A program made the position numbers and the translations under genes. Source: Candidatus Dojkabacteria bacterium (GTDB lineage: Bacteria; Patescibacteriota; Dojkabacteria; SC72). From it: DNA of 64,000 nucleotides. The notes below the pieces were generated by a model. That model worked only from the letters and a program-made list of their open reading frames with translations. It was not told the origin of the DNA and did not search any database. Each line of letters starts with the position of its first letter. The first letter of the stretch is position 1. Positions 50,103 through 59,796 of the stretch are shown one piece after another. Location: NCBI GenBank assembly GCA_034005145.1, contig JAVEVH010000001.1:1899-65898 (forward strand), given 5' to 3'.

Positions 50103-51662
50103 GTAGGAATCTATATATATGTCATCAGAAGTATCCTTATTTTCGGAGTAGAAAGTATATACCTTATCACTAGATATTGTTATTACAAAATATTTAAGTG
50201 TATCTAACTCTTTAAGTATCTCTACTTGGTTATCTCCATCCTTATCTGCAATATACAGTACATTATCCTTCTCGTACCATATATATGAGGAGTTAGATAT
50301 CCAATTTACATTTGTACTATCAGTATCCAAACCTTTGATATTTTTTGAACCTAACTCAACAGTATGATCACCATCTTGTTTATTAAATGTAAATACGTTG
50401 TATCCCTGTGTATCTTTAAATATTAATTTATAGTTATCTGGTGAGAATTGTACAAACTGTGAAGGGTAGGGGGATATTAAATAGTATTTCTGGTTATCCA
50501 TACTATACCAGTATGCAGAGGTTTCAGTTCTTAGATATATACCTTTAGCTCCTTGGTGTATTCTAATACTTTGTAATTTGCCTACACTCTTAGTACTTTG
50601 AGGAGAGTTAGTAAATGGAGCATACTTTCCTTCCTTACTATCATCTTTATACTGATCTATATATCCTTTATCTTTTTGAAAATACAAATCATCTACTAAT
50701 ACCTTACTATTAGATCCATCCATTTGTTGTTGTATTAAGAGATATGCATATACATCCTCATTTTGATTCTCGGTATTTTCATCCACCTTATAGAAGTATC
50801 CCTGTTCATCTGTACTCCATATATAGCTTTTGTCTTCCTCTTTCTTTATTAAAAGATATCTAGTTTGTCTAGAGATATCATATGAGATTAAGTCTGTATT
50901 AGAATCAAACATAAGGTACTGATTGTTTAGAGACCAACTCATTTTGTATGAAGAGAGTGCAGAGATATTTAGTTCGTCCATACTAGCTAAATTACTACTT
51001 TGAGTAGAATCAAGGAGGTAGCTTTTTGTAGAGGTTGCGTCTGTAATCTGTAATACTGCTAATATACCATTAGGAGAGAGATCTAAACCTATTTCACTCT
51101 CTTGGGGTAAGTCTAGTGTAAGTACTATCTTAGGATTAGAGCCTAGGTCCCAGAATGTTGTATTAATATCAAACCTATACAGTTCATACCTGTATAGTAG
51201 GCCCGTAGTAAGTGGTTGCTTAGTTAAGAAATATATATAGTTTTGGGATTCATTTATCCAGCTATTAACATATGTCTTTTGTGAGAGAGAGAACATATTA
51301 GATTCCAAAATCTTCTCCTTTATCAACCAAGGATGTACTGGAGTAGATTTCTCTTCCTTAATCTCAATATTCTTTTCCCATTGTACATACCCACTTCTGT
51401 AAGCAGAGATATTGTATGTGCCTACAGGTAAACTAACACTTTTAGGAGTTCTACCTTCCTGCTTACCCTCAATATATATGTTAGCAAGAGAGGGGTCGGA
51501 TTGTACTGTGAGTACACCTGTTTTGATAAAGATTTCTCCTTGTGGGTCTAATCTCCACCCATTTGCATAGAAATATATAGCTACTGCTCCTGTATATACG
51601 AATATGGAGGCGAGTATAGAGATCAATGTAAACAATCTTTTGTTGTATCCTGTGCTTTTCAT
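50091..51662 (-). CDS. Membrane-anchored PEGA-domain protein with large beta-rich extracytoplasmic domain
   Basis: N-terminal TM, PEGA motif (VQSDPSLANIYIEGKQEGRTPKSVSLPVGTYNISAYRSGY). The rest is unassigned. Confidence 0.5.
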   Translation of the reverse strand: MKSTGYNKRLFTLISILASIFVYTGAVAIYFYANGWRLDPQGEIFIKTGVLTVQSDPSLANIYIEGKQEGRTPKSVSLPVGTYNISAYRSGYVQWEKNIEIKEEKSTPVHPWLIKEKILESNMFSLSQKTYVNSWINESQNYIYFLTKQPLTTGLLYRYELYRFDINTTFWDLGSNPKIVLTLDLPQESEIGLDLSPNGILAVLQITDATSTKSYLLDSTQSSNLASMDELNISALSSYKMSWSLNNQYLMFDSNTDLISYDISRQTRYLLIKKEEDKSYIWSTDEQGYFYKVDENTENQNEDVYAYLLIQQQMDGSNSKVLVDDLYFQKDKGYIDQYKDDSKEGKYAPFTNSPQSTKSVGKLQSIRIHQGAKGIYLRTETSAYWYSMDNQKYYLISPYPSQFVQFSPDNYKLIFKDTQGYNVFTFNKQDGDHTVELGSKNIKGLDTDSTNVNWISNSSYIWYEKDNVLYIADKDGDNQVEILKELDTLKYFVITISSDKVYTFYSENKDTSDDIYIDSYLFR

Positions 51663-51714
51663 TTCTGTCTAGTATATCATATCCCAATCACCATATAATT
51701 GGTATAATCTGGTC

Positions 51715-52731
51715 ATGTTAGGAAAGAAAATAGGTATCGATTTAGGTACTGCCAATTCAATAGTTTTTGTACAAGGAGAAGGTATTTCTTTTGTAGAACC
51801 TACTGTTGTTGCAATAGATGTAAATACATACAAAGTAATATCTGTTGGATCAGAGGCTAAGAAAATGATTGGTAAGACTCCAGACAATATAATTGCTAAA
51901 AGACCTCTTAAAAATGGTGTAATAGCGGATAGTAGAGTAACAGAGGCTTTACTCAAATATTTTTTAAATAAAGCATTAGGTAAATCTAGATTTTTAAAAC
52001 CAGATGTAGTAATTAGTGTACCTGCTGGTATAACTACGGTAGAACAAAGAGCTGTAGTAAAGGCAGCTACTAATGCTGGTGCTAGGCAAATCACTATGTT
52101 ACCAGAGCCGTTACTAGCAGCCTTAGGGGCAGGTCTCCCTATAGAAACCTCTTCAGGTAATATGATTGTTAACTTAGGTGGTGGTACTGCAGAGATAGCT
52201 GTAATGTCTTTGGATGGGATAGTGGAGTATGATTCTTTAAGGATAGCTGGTGACGCTATTAACGAAGCCATTATCAACTATATGAAAAAGAAAAAGGGTG
52301 TATTAATTGGAGAACAGACTGCAGAAAATATTAAGATTAGGATAGGGTCTGCAATAGAAACTAAAAATCCTAAGAGTATGGAAGTGAGAGGTAGAGATTT
52401 TGGAGCAGGGTTACCTAAAGCTATTACTGTAGATTCTAACGATATAGCTGCTGCGGTCAAGAGGCCTTTACTAAGTATAATTAATAGTATAAAAGGAGTA
52501 CTTGAGAGAACTCCTCCTGAGCTTTCTGCAGATATAATGGATAGGGGAATAGCTATGAGTGGTGGTACATCTAAATTAAGGAATTTAGATAAGCTTTTTG
52601 CAAAGGCAATAGGGGTACCTGCGTACGTTGCTGATGAACCTATGTATTGTGTTGTAAAGGGTACTGGTATTGCATTAGAATTAATGGCAACTGGTGAGCG
52701 TACGTTTACATTTAATAAATCAATTACATAA
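51715..52731 (+). CDS. mreB: Actin-like rod-shape protein MreB
   Basis: KIGIDLGTANS phosphate-1 motif and actin/Hsp70 fold motifs throughout. 338 aa. TGGTATAAT -10 ends 6 nt before the ATG. Confidence 0.85.
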   Translation: MLGKKIGIDLGTANSIVFVQGEGISFVEPTVVAIDVNTYKVISVGSEAKKMIGKTPDNIIAKRPLKNGVIADSRVTEALLKYFLNKALGKSRFLKPDVVISVPAGITTVEQRAVVKAATNAGARQITMLPEPLLAALGAGLPIETSSGNMIVNLGGGTAEIAVMSLDGIVEYDSLRIAGDAINEAIINYMKKKKGVLIGEQTAENIKIRIGSAIETKNPKSMEVRGRDFGAGLPKAITVDSNDIAAAVKRPLLSIINSIKGVLERTPPELSADIMDRGIAMSGGTSKLRNLDKLFAKAIGVPAYVADEPMYCVVKGTGIALELMATGERTFTFNKSIT

Positions 52732-52733
52732 AT

Positions 52734-53897
52734 ATGGGTATTTTTACTAAATCAGGAAAGTCATCTATGAAACTAAGTGAGGTTACTACCTTACTTTCTA
52801 AACTTAAGATACCTACTAGTTTAGTATTTACACCAATAAATCTTACTCAAGAGAAAGAGAAATTCTTAAACTCTGATACATATGAGCCTCAGTTTGAGTA
52901 CAAGATTGTTAAAAATAGGAATAGTGAGATATTAAAAGAGCTTTCATCAGTAAGAGAGATTACTGATGTAGATCCAAGAATCTCCTCCTTCTACCTCCAA
53001 TTAATAGAGTCTAAAAAAGATACAAACGATTTAATGCATGCTGTTGGTAATAATGAGTTAGTAACAGAGATATCCTTAAAGAAATATGGTAAACCATCTG
53101 CATTACTTTTTAGAAATGCTTCTAGAGTACTAAGGGGTGTAGTAGATGGATACAATCTTACTAAATATCCTAAGTTAGAGAAGGGGGATATTTTAGGATA
53201 TGAAGAGATAGTAGAGGTATTCAATACTGTCTTTGAGGAGCTTAATTTAGATGGATGGAGTGTAGCTAAGTCACAAAATATTGCTAAAAATGGTGTTAAG
53301 GTGGGTATTAAAAGAAAACAGATATTAGTAGACGCAGGTATAGAGAGGAGTAAATTCAAATTAAAGAAAACATTAGTACATGAGGTAGGTACACATGTAC
53401 TTAGGTCTGTTAATGGAGTTAAGAGTGGGTTCGAGGCCCTTAGTAAGGCTAACCTTCCAGAGTATTTAGATATTGAAGAGGGTTTAGCTACTTGGAATGA
53501 ATCTAATATGGATCTTTTAACATTGGGATGGTTAAAAGAGAAAGCTGCTTTAACATGGGCTATATATATTGGAGAGAAGCTTACCTTTAGGCAGCTGTAT
53601 AATAGTGTGTTAGGGGTATTGCCTCCTAAATCAGCATTTAGTGTTACATATAGGGTTAAGAGAGGACTAGGGGATACTAGTTATCCAGGTATATACTGTA
53701 AAGATATAGTGTACTTCAGGGGTTTTAGAAAGGTAAAAAAACAGTTAGAGAAAGACAAATCTATATATGAGAAACTATATGCTGGTAAAATAGATTTTAA
53801 GCAGTGTGAATGGGTAGATGAGGGATTAATTCCTAAAGCAGGATTAGTTCCTTCTAAAGAATTATGGAAGGGTATATTTAAAAAGGCTGGTATCTAA
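52734..53897 (+). CDS. DUF1704 / QEGLA-motif family putative zinc (tyrosine-type) carboxypeptidase
   Basis: HExxH (LVHEVGTHV) followed about 30 aa later by IEEGLA (QEGLA-like). Starts 2 nt after the mreB stop. Confidence 0.55.
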   Translation: MGIFTKSGKSSMKLSEVTTLLSKLKIPTSLVFTPINLTQEKEKFLNSDTYEPQFEYKIVKNRNSEILKELSSVREITDVDPRISSFYLQLIESKKDTNDLMHAVGNNELVTEISLKKYGKPSALLFRNASRVLRGVVDGYNLTKYPKLEKGDILGYEEIVEVFNTVFEELNLDGWSVAKSQNIAKNGVKVGIKRKQILVDAGIERSKFKLKKTLVHEVGTHVLRSVNGVKSGFEALSKANLPEYLDIEEGLATWNESNMDLLTLGWLKEKAALTWAIYIGEKLTFRQLYNSVLGVLPPKSAFSVTYRVKRGLGDTSYPGIYCKDIVYFRGFRKVKKQLEKDKSIYEKLYAGKIDFKQCEWVDEGLIPKAGLVPSKELWKGIFKKAGI

Positions 53898-54847
53898 TTA
53901 TCCTTAAATGCAGTAATAATTTCTTGAGCTATATTAATAGGATTTTCTGTTTTATTCTCGTATGCCTTAAATCCAGGATGTAAACTTATTTCCTGTAGTA
54001 ATGGTTTGTCTTTCATCATCATAATATCTACTGCTAAAAAGTCTGCCTCAAGGATTCGTGAAACATTTTGGGCCAAGGCTTTTAATTTTCCCTCAGGATT
54101 ATTGTAAGCATGGTATTCCCCCTTGCTCACTGTCATGAAACTATCCGTTGCTTCTCGTCTCCATCCTGCTATTACTTTGCCTAACTTAATAAATATACGT
54201 ATATCCTGGGCACTATCCGAGAACTCCTGTATAAACATCCTAGAGTGATCTAAATCTTTTAAATACTCCTGCCTATATCCATCTTCATTATCAATTTTAA
54301 ATACATTCTTTTTTACTTTCTCTTCACCATTTATATTTTCTAATCTATTAGCTCCAGAGTAATCTTTAATTATTAATGGGAATGCATTTAATATATCTCT
54401 GTGTGCAGAGTAATTACCATCTGTTCTAAAGTATGAGTCAAAGTAGGGGATATTATGTTTGGAGCAAAATAGAGCTAGCTCTATTTTATTGTAATATGGT
54501 AATTTTTTAATAGCTTGAGAATTTTGTACCAATATTTTGTTATCTGGATTGTCTGAGTTATGTTGATCAATGTAATCTACTATATATTTTTTAAATTGGT
54601 ACTGTATTGGATTATGTAAATCATGTCCTCTAAGTAGTATATGACTATATTTTCTAATATCCATACCTTTCGCTTTTATCACTGTTTCACCATTTATGAA
54701 CTCAAATTCGAGCTCATCAAAGTATGCTAAGGAGTGGGGTATATCTTTTTTGTCCAGTTCCTCAGTTAGTCGTAAATTGGTAGTGGCAATATTGTTCTCA
54801 TTTTCTGTTTTTACCCTCTGTTTTTTATCGATTATTAAGTAATTCAT
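53894..54847 (-). CDS. RimK-like ATP-grasp amino-acid ligase
   Basis: C-terminal half aligns to RimK: DIRIFIKLGKVIAGWRRE...VDIMMMKDKPLLQEISLHPGF vs DIRCLVVGDEVVAAIERR...[21 protein letters not shown]. Confidence 0.6.
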   Translation of the reverse strand: MNYLIIDKKQRVKTENENNIATTNLRLTEELDKKDIPHSLAYFDELEFEFINGETVIKAKGMDIRKYSHILLRGHDLHNPIQYQFKKYIVDYIDQHNSDNPDNKILVQNSQAIKKLPYYNKIELALFCSKHNIPYFDSYFRTDGNYSAHRDILNAFPLIIKDYSGANRLENINGEEKVKKNVFKIDNEDGYRQEYLKDLDHSRMFIQEFSDSAQDIRIFIKLGKVIAGWRREATDSFMTVSKGEYHAYNNPEGKLKALAQNVSRILEADFLAVDIMMMKDKPLLQEISLHPGFKAYENKTENPINIAQEIITAFKDN

Positions 54848-54851
54848 ATGT

Positions 54852-56540
54852 TTATATTTTCCTTATATTATCTATTAATTTCATCCTTTTATACCTCTTT
54901 AATATTTTCATATACTCTTTGTTTGTACTCATATCTTTTGTAATGAATACGGTATTAATATGATCAAAGCCCAGTCCGTACTCCTTTACATCATCCCAAT
55001 CTCTATGATGTATTACTATTACATCAAGTAGAGCATTACATTTTATAGATTCAAAGGATCTCCATCTTTGGGATTGTTCATTCATTAACATACCGTTAAT
55101 GTAATATCTTTCCTGTACGATTTCTCCTACAGTATCTTCCTTTTTAATCATCCATTTCCTTCTTAGTAGAGTAGGTAGGTCATCTTTACTTTGTCCAATT
55201 ACTACGAATTTCTTACATACATTTTCTTTAAGTAAAGCCTTTATATATGTTTCTGCTACATAGCTTCTCTGTTTACCAAGTATTGGATAGAAGTTAAGGT
55301 ATGATTCTGGCATTGTATTTACTTCTAGGATAGCGCCATTCTCTTTGGTTAATGGTTTAGAGAGATCTAGACACATTACATCTACACCTAAGGTAAAGGC
55401 GTGTAATGAGTTAGCTAGGCTCTCTACAATGGTTTTAATTTCCTTACTAACGGAATCTGTAAAGTCTTCTGTTATACCTCCCTGACTCATACTAGCGATC
55501 TTTCTTACCTGTATCTTTTCTTCCTTGCTAGGCACAGAGCTAAGTGTAAGCCCTTGTTCTTTAATGTAATCTTTAAGGGGTTCATCTATGTCTATGGGCT
55601 TTAATATATGGGCTGGGTTTGTAGTATCTCTTCTTGGATCTTTATTTTCTTTCTCTATTAATTCTTTAATAGTTAATTTACCATCACCGATTATAAAGGC
55701 AGGTATTCTTTTAGTAGCTATTTCTAACTTACCGTTAATAACTAGAAGCCTGTAATCTTCTCCCTGGACCTGTTCCTGTATCATTACTTTTGTTTGCCAT
55801 GTAGCTTTACCCTCTCCTGCCTCTTTAGCAAATTTAAATGCTTTTTTAGCCTCCTCTAATGTATTAATACCTACTACAACACCATGTCCACCTGTTAAAC
55901 CAGTAGGTTTAATTACGACTGGTTTCTCATACTCTGAAAATACTTCTTCTAAATGATTTAGGCTATCTATAACTTCCCACTTAGGAAGAGGAAGATTTAA
56001 TCTCTTAATCATTGTATTCGTAGACCATTTATCTCTTTGAAGATTTTGGGATATATATGCATCCTTAGAGGAAGCTATTGAACCTGTAATCTGAGAGCCC
56101 TTACCACATCCTAGAAGGTAGTATCTATTAAATATCCTCCTATATCCCTGTTTAAGATCTTTAATCATTAAATCGTCTAATACAGCTGGTGTAGTTTCAA
56201 TATTTTGATTATGTGCAGACTCTAGTACTGGGATTGTAGACATTGATTTAATTCTTCTTCCTATTACTTCTTCTATTACATACTGTTGTGCTTTTTCTAA
56301 TGTAATTTTACTTTTAGAAAGATTTACAAAGCTTTCTGCAGACTCTCTCCAAAGAAATGGTAATTTAGACCTTATAGTGAGGAGAGTGGGGGATATTGAG
56401 TATTCTTTAATAAAAAGAGGGTGGAAAGTAACAATTTTGTCTAGTATGGTAGTAATATCTCCAATATTATCTCCTTCTAAGGATATCTTTACTGTTGTAA
56501 ACTGTGATTCTAGATTTAGACCCTGTACTGTTTGTACCAT
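54852..56540 (-). CDS. Cyanophycin-synthetase-N-terminal-like ATP-grasp ligase (no Mur-ligase domain), with unique N- and C-terminal extensions
   Basis: YRLLVINGKLEIATKRIPAFIIGDGKLTIKELIEKENKDPRR ... SQGGI ... GVDVMCLDLSKPL...ILEVNTMP closely parallels the CphA ATP-grasp core. Confidence 0.65.
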   Translation of the reverse strand: MVQTVQGLNLESQFTTVKISLEGDNIGDITTILDKIVTFHPLFIKEYSISPTLLTIRSKLPFLWRESAESFVNLSKSKITLEKAQQYVIEEVIGRRIKSMSTIPVLESAHNQNIETTPAVLDDLMIKDLKQGYRRIFNRYYLLGCGKGSQITGSIASSKDAYISQNLQRDKWSTNTMIKRLNLPLPKWEVIDSLNHLEEVFSEYEKPVVIKPTGLTGGHGVVVGINTLEEAKKAFKFAKEAGEGKATWQTKVMIQEQVQGEDYRLLVINGKLEIATKRIPAFIIGDGKLTIKELIEKENKDPRRDTTNPAHILKPIDIDEPLKDYIKEQGLTLSSVPSKEEKIQVRKIASMSQGGITEDFTDSVSKEIKTIVESLANSLHAFTLGVDVMCLDLSKPLTKENGAILEVNTMPESYLNFYPILGKQRSYVAETYIKALLKENVCKKFVVIGQSKDDLPTLLRRKWMIKKEDTVGEIVQERYYINGMLMNEQSQRWRSFESIKCNALLDVIVIHHRDWDDVKEYGLGFDHINTVFITKDMSTNKEYMKILKRYKRMKLIDNIRKI

Positions 56541-56546
56541 GTTTTT

Positions 56547-57527
56547 TTATATTATCTTAGATATATACTCTATTATTGGAATTGCTACTTTAACTGTTTC
56601 TCCCTCATCTACTTTGTAGTGTACTCTTAATCCTGGATTGTAATTTATTTCATTTATTGCACACTTAGCAGGTTTAGTAATATCAGGAGTAATTATATCT
56701 ACGCCTCCAAACTGTGTCCCTATTGCTTTAACTGCTTTAACAGCAATATCTTTGTAGTATTGGTGTGTCTGTTTAGAACACTCCTGTGTAGTTCCTCCTG
56801 TAGAAAGATTACAGTTATATCTTAATATTACCTCTTCATTTACTTTGGGTATATAGCTAAGAGAGATATTTAAATTTTGGAGTCTCTGTTTAACCTCATT
56901 ATCTATTGTAATTGGTTTTAATATTTCTTTCTTTCTATCAATATTTTTATTCTCAATTAACTTCTTTATACTATCTTTACCATTACCTATTACATATGCT
57001 GATTTTCTTCTCACAATACCTATGACTTTATCTCCTAGAACTAAGAGCCTGTAGTTTTCTCCCTCTATGAATTCTTCTCCTATTACTTTGTAATCACTCT
57101 TAGCTTTAGATTCCTTTAATGCATATTTATATGCCTTTAGTACCTGTCCCTTATCTTTGGGTAATAGTGTTACTCCCTTTCCTCCTAACTGTTGAGAGGG
57201 TTTTATTACGATGTTTGTATACTGTTTAAAGAACTCTAATGCATCCTGTTTGTTTAATAGTGGTGTTTGCTTTGGTACAGGTATATCAAAATCAGAAAGT
57301 ACCATATTAGTAAGATTCTTTCTCTTAGCTATGGTTGTACTTGTTGTATTGGTTAATGGTGTTGCAGTATTAATTATGTACCAATGCTTACCATTACTTT
57401 CAAATTTAGCCATTAAAGATGGTACTACAATATTATATTTAATATTTAATATATCTGCTGCCTCAATGTAGTAGGCTAGATGTACATTACCAGCTATTTT
57501 TAAGTACTCTTCATATGTTTTAGACAT
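56547..57527 (-). CDS. Cyanophycin-synthetase-N-terminal-like ATP-grasp ligase (stand-alone, 326 aa)
   Basis: NYRLLVLGDKVIGIVRRKSAYVIGNGKDSIKKLIE ... NLSTGGT ... GVDIITPDITKP...INEINYNPG matches the CphA ATP-grasp signature blocks. Confidence 0.65.
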   Translation of the reverse strand: MSKTYEEYLKIAGNVHLAYYIEAADILNIKYNIVVPSLMAKFESNGKHWYIINTATPLTNTTSTTIAKRKNLTNMVLSDFDIPVPKQTPLLNKQDALEFFKQYTNIVIKPSQQLGGKGVTLLPKDKGQVLKAYKYALKESKAKSDYKVIGEEFIEGENYRLLVLGDKVIGIVRRKSAYVIGNGKDSIKKLIENKNIDRKKEILKPITIDNEVKQRLQNLNISLSYIPKVNEEVILRYNCNLSTGGTTQECSKQTHQYYKDIAVKAVKAIGTQFGGVDIITPDITKPAKCAINEINYNPGLRVHYKVDEGETVKVAIPIIEYISKII

Positions 57528-57546
57528 ATATTGATATATTTAAATA

Positions 57547-59022
57547 TTAAAAAGTATTACTTGTATCTATTAGATATCCTGTTAGATCGCTCCTACCAAT
57601 TGTAACTTGGTAAGGAGTATCAGAGTATTGAGTAGATACAAACTCAGTTATCTTTACTTTATCTAATATCTTTATTGGTATCTCAAATACTGGTCTAACG
57701 GTTATATCTCCATCTTCTACTATCTTTGCTAACCTCTTTATATCCTTACTTTCAGATATTTTTTCTTCATACTTATCTATGTACTCTTGTGCCTGTTTAA
57801 AACTTTCGAACTTCTTGGGTACCTCTAACTTAGTAAACTCTTTATGAGCATTAATATATCCAATACGGTTGGCTAGCTTAGAATCTATTCTAGATGTAAG
57901 TACACCTGTATCCATGAATGCTTTTACTAACTCTTTTTTAATTTTTTGAGACTTACCAATCTTACTTATATCTGTACTCTTGTCATACAGAGATATTTTC
58001 TCTGTAATATTGAGTACCTGTCTACCGCTAATAGCTTCTATACTTTCTTCAATTTCACCACCAAAGAGGTTTTTAGAGACTCTCATACCGTGTCTAATAC
58101 CCTTAATCTTTAGATCTTTTACTTTCTCTAATCTCCATCTTAAACCTGCTTGATTAGCTACTTGAATACCTAGTCCTGGTCTAGCATTTATTTCAAATAC
58201 AACAGGTCCTTTATCTATATCTAATGCAATATCTACACCTATATATCCTAAACCACTTACTTTCTGACACTTCAAAGCTATTTCTAATATCTTATCCCAG
58301 TTAGGAATTTGAATACCACTTAATGGTTTATTATCTTTTAAATCAACAGTAGAGTCTATTAATTCGTATGTATCACTTAAAAAGATATTCTTTTTCATTT
58401 GCATAGAGTAGGTAGTAATACCTGTACCAATATCTATACCGGTACATATGGCTCCTGAGTGTAAATTGGCAGTACCATTACTTCTTCTTGTTGGAAGTCT
58501 TAGCATAGCCATAACGGGGACTGAATTAAAACATATTATTCTAATATCAGGTACCCCTCTATATGAATACTGTTTAAGTAGAGGGTCTGTTTTAATCCTT
58601 TCTTCAATGATAGCGGTGTCTGTTTTAGATCCCATTGAGAATCTACCCTCTAGTATATTTTCTATATGCAATATTATATCCCTTTGGTTCATAGTTGTAC
58701 CGTTAGGTCTAATCCATTCTAATTCTCCCTTCTTCTTACCGTAAAAAACGATAATACCGTTACCACCTGTACCTTGGTTAGGTTTGATTACGAAACTTTT
58801 AGGAAGGCTCTCCCAATCTAGAAACTGTAACTGTTTCTTACTCCTTATTAATTTGTATACCTCTGGAGTTTGTATTAACTCCTTTCTAAGAACCCTTTTA
58901 GTTAATATCTTGTTATCAGCAATAGCTTTGGATGAGGGAGGGTTATAAGGTCTTACATACTCTTGGTTTCTCCTGTTTAGACCTAATACCTCCTTATTTA
59001 GTTTTAATATACTACTTGTCAT
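57547..59022 (-). CDS. Alpha-L-glutamate-ligase-related (RimK-related) ATP-grasp protein with ~190-aa C-terminal extension
   Basis: N-terminal signature LGLNRRNQEYVRPYNPP...DNKILTKRVL typical of this RimK-related family. ATP-grasp core follows, then a C-terminal region of unknown fold. Confidence 0.6.
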   Translation of the reverse strand: MTSSILKLNKEVLGLNRRNQEYVRPYNPPSSKAIADNKILTKRVLRKELIQTPEVYKLIRSKKQLQFLDWESLPKSFVIKPNQGTGGNGIIVFYGKKKGELEWIRPNGTTMNQRDIILHIENILEGRFSMGSKTDTAIIEERIKTDPLLKQYSYRGVPDIRIICFNSVPVMAMLRLPTRRSNGTANLHSGAICTGIDIGTGITTYSMQMKKNIFLSDTYELIDSTVDLKDNKPLSGIQIPNWDKILEIALKCQKVSGLGYIGVDIALDIDKGPVVFEINARPGLGIQVANQAGLRWRLEKVKDLKIKGIRHGMRVSKNLFGGEIEESIEAISGRQVLNITEKISLYDKSTDISKIGKSQKIKKELVKAFMDTGVLTSRIDSKLANRIGYINAHKEFTKLEVPKKFESFKQAQEYIDKYEEKISESKDIKRLAKIVEDGDITVRPVFEIPIKILDKVKITEFVSTQYSDTPYQVTIGRSDLTGYLIDTSNTF

Positions 59023-59689
59023 CGTCTCTACCAGTAAATCTAAATCTAAAGTAATCCTTTATCCTCAAACCTTTAAACATACCAATTAAGATATTTAAGA
59101 TTGCAAGTAGAGGTATTAACCATAGATTGTTTAGGAAGTAGTCAGAGATTATCTCTCTAGTTATTACAAACCATCCAAATACTGCTACTAAGATTGTAGT
59201 AAGTAGAGTCATTACAGATGATTGTAGGGACTTTTTGACATACTGCTTTGTAAAAAAGTCAGAGAGAGCCGCTATTGATATGAAAGCGAGTGGGGGGATA
59301 TTAGACATATTCTCTAAACCTAATCCTAAGGTATCTATTAATACAAAGAAAAGAACTAATACCATTGAGAGGACAATATAGTTGGTAGCAATACGAGTAA
59401 TGTAATGTATTCTTACCTTTTTAAGTACAGAGTAGGAGAGTAAAGAGGTTAATATTACAATCAATGTTACTGCTAAACCGTATTTTAATCCTGTATATGA
59501 GTATGCAATTGAAAGAAGTACTGGAGCATATATACCGTATGTCTTACCTCCTACAAGATATCTAGAGATACTTACAATGGTTGCTACAATACACATAGCT
59601 ATGAGTATTTCTAATACCATTTGTGATATACCATGATCAATTATCCACTCTGTTAACTTGGATGTTTCAAACATATATATATTGATCAA
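59012..59689 (-). CDS. Polytopic membrane protein (6-7 TM), first gene of the ATP-grasp operon
   Basis: Hydrophobic helices throughout. Stop overlaps the next gene's start by 11 nt. The start is more likely the ATG at 59674 than the TTG at 59689. Confidence 0.5.
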   Translation of the reverse strand: MINIYMFETSKLTEWIIDHGISQMVLEILIAMCIVATIVSISRYLVGGKTYGIYAPVLLSIAYSYTGLKYGLAVTLIVILTSLLSYSVLKKVRIHYITRIATNYIVLSMVLVLFFVLIDTLGLGLENMSNIPPLAFISIAALSDFFTKQYVKKSLQSSVMTLLTTILVAVFGWFVITREIISDYFLNNLWLIPLLAILNILIGMFKGLRIKDYFRFRFTGRDDDK

Positions 59690-59740
59690 AAATTAGAATA
59701 TTTAACCCTCCATTATACTTTGTATATGTATATTTTGTCG

Positions 59741-59771
59741 ATGAAAAGAAAAGAGAGCCTTTCGGCTCTCT
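59741..59771 (-). terminator. Rho-independent terminator after rplL (minus strand)
   Basis: Hairpin agagagcc-tttc-ggctctct preceded on the + strand by an A-run (U-run on the minus-strand transcript). Confidence 0.6.
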
Positions 59772-59796
59772 TTAAGATACTTTTTAAAGATTTAGA

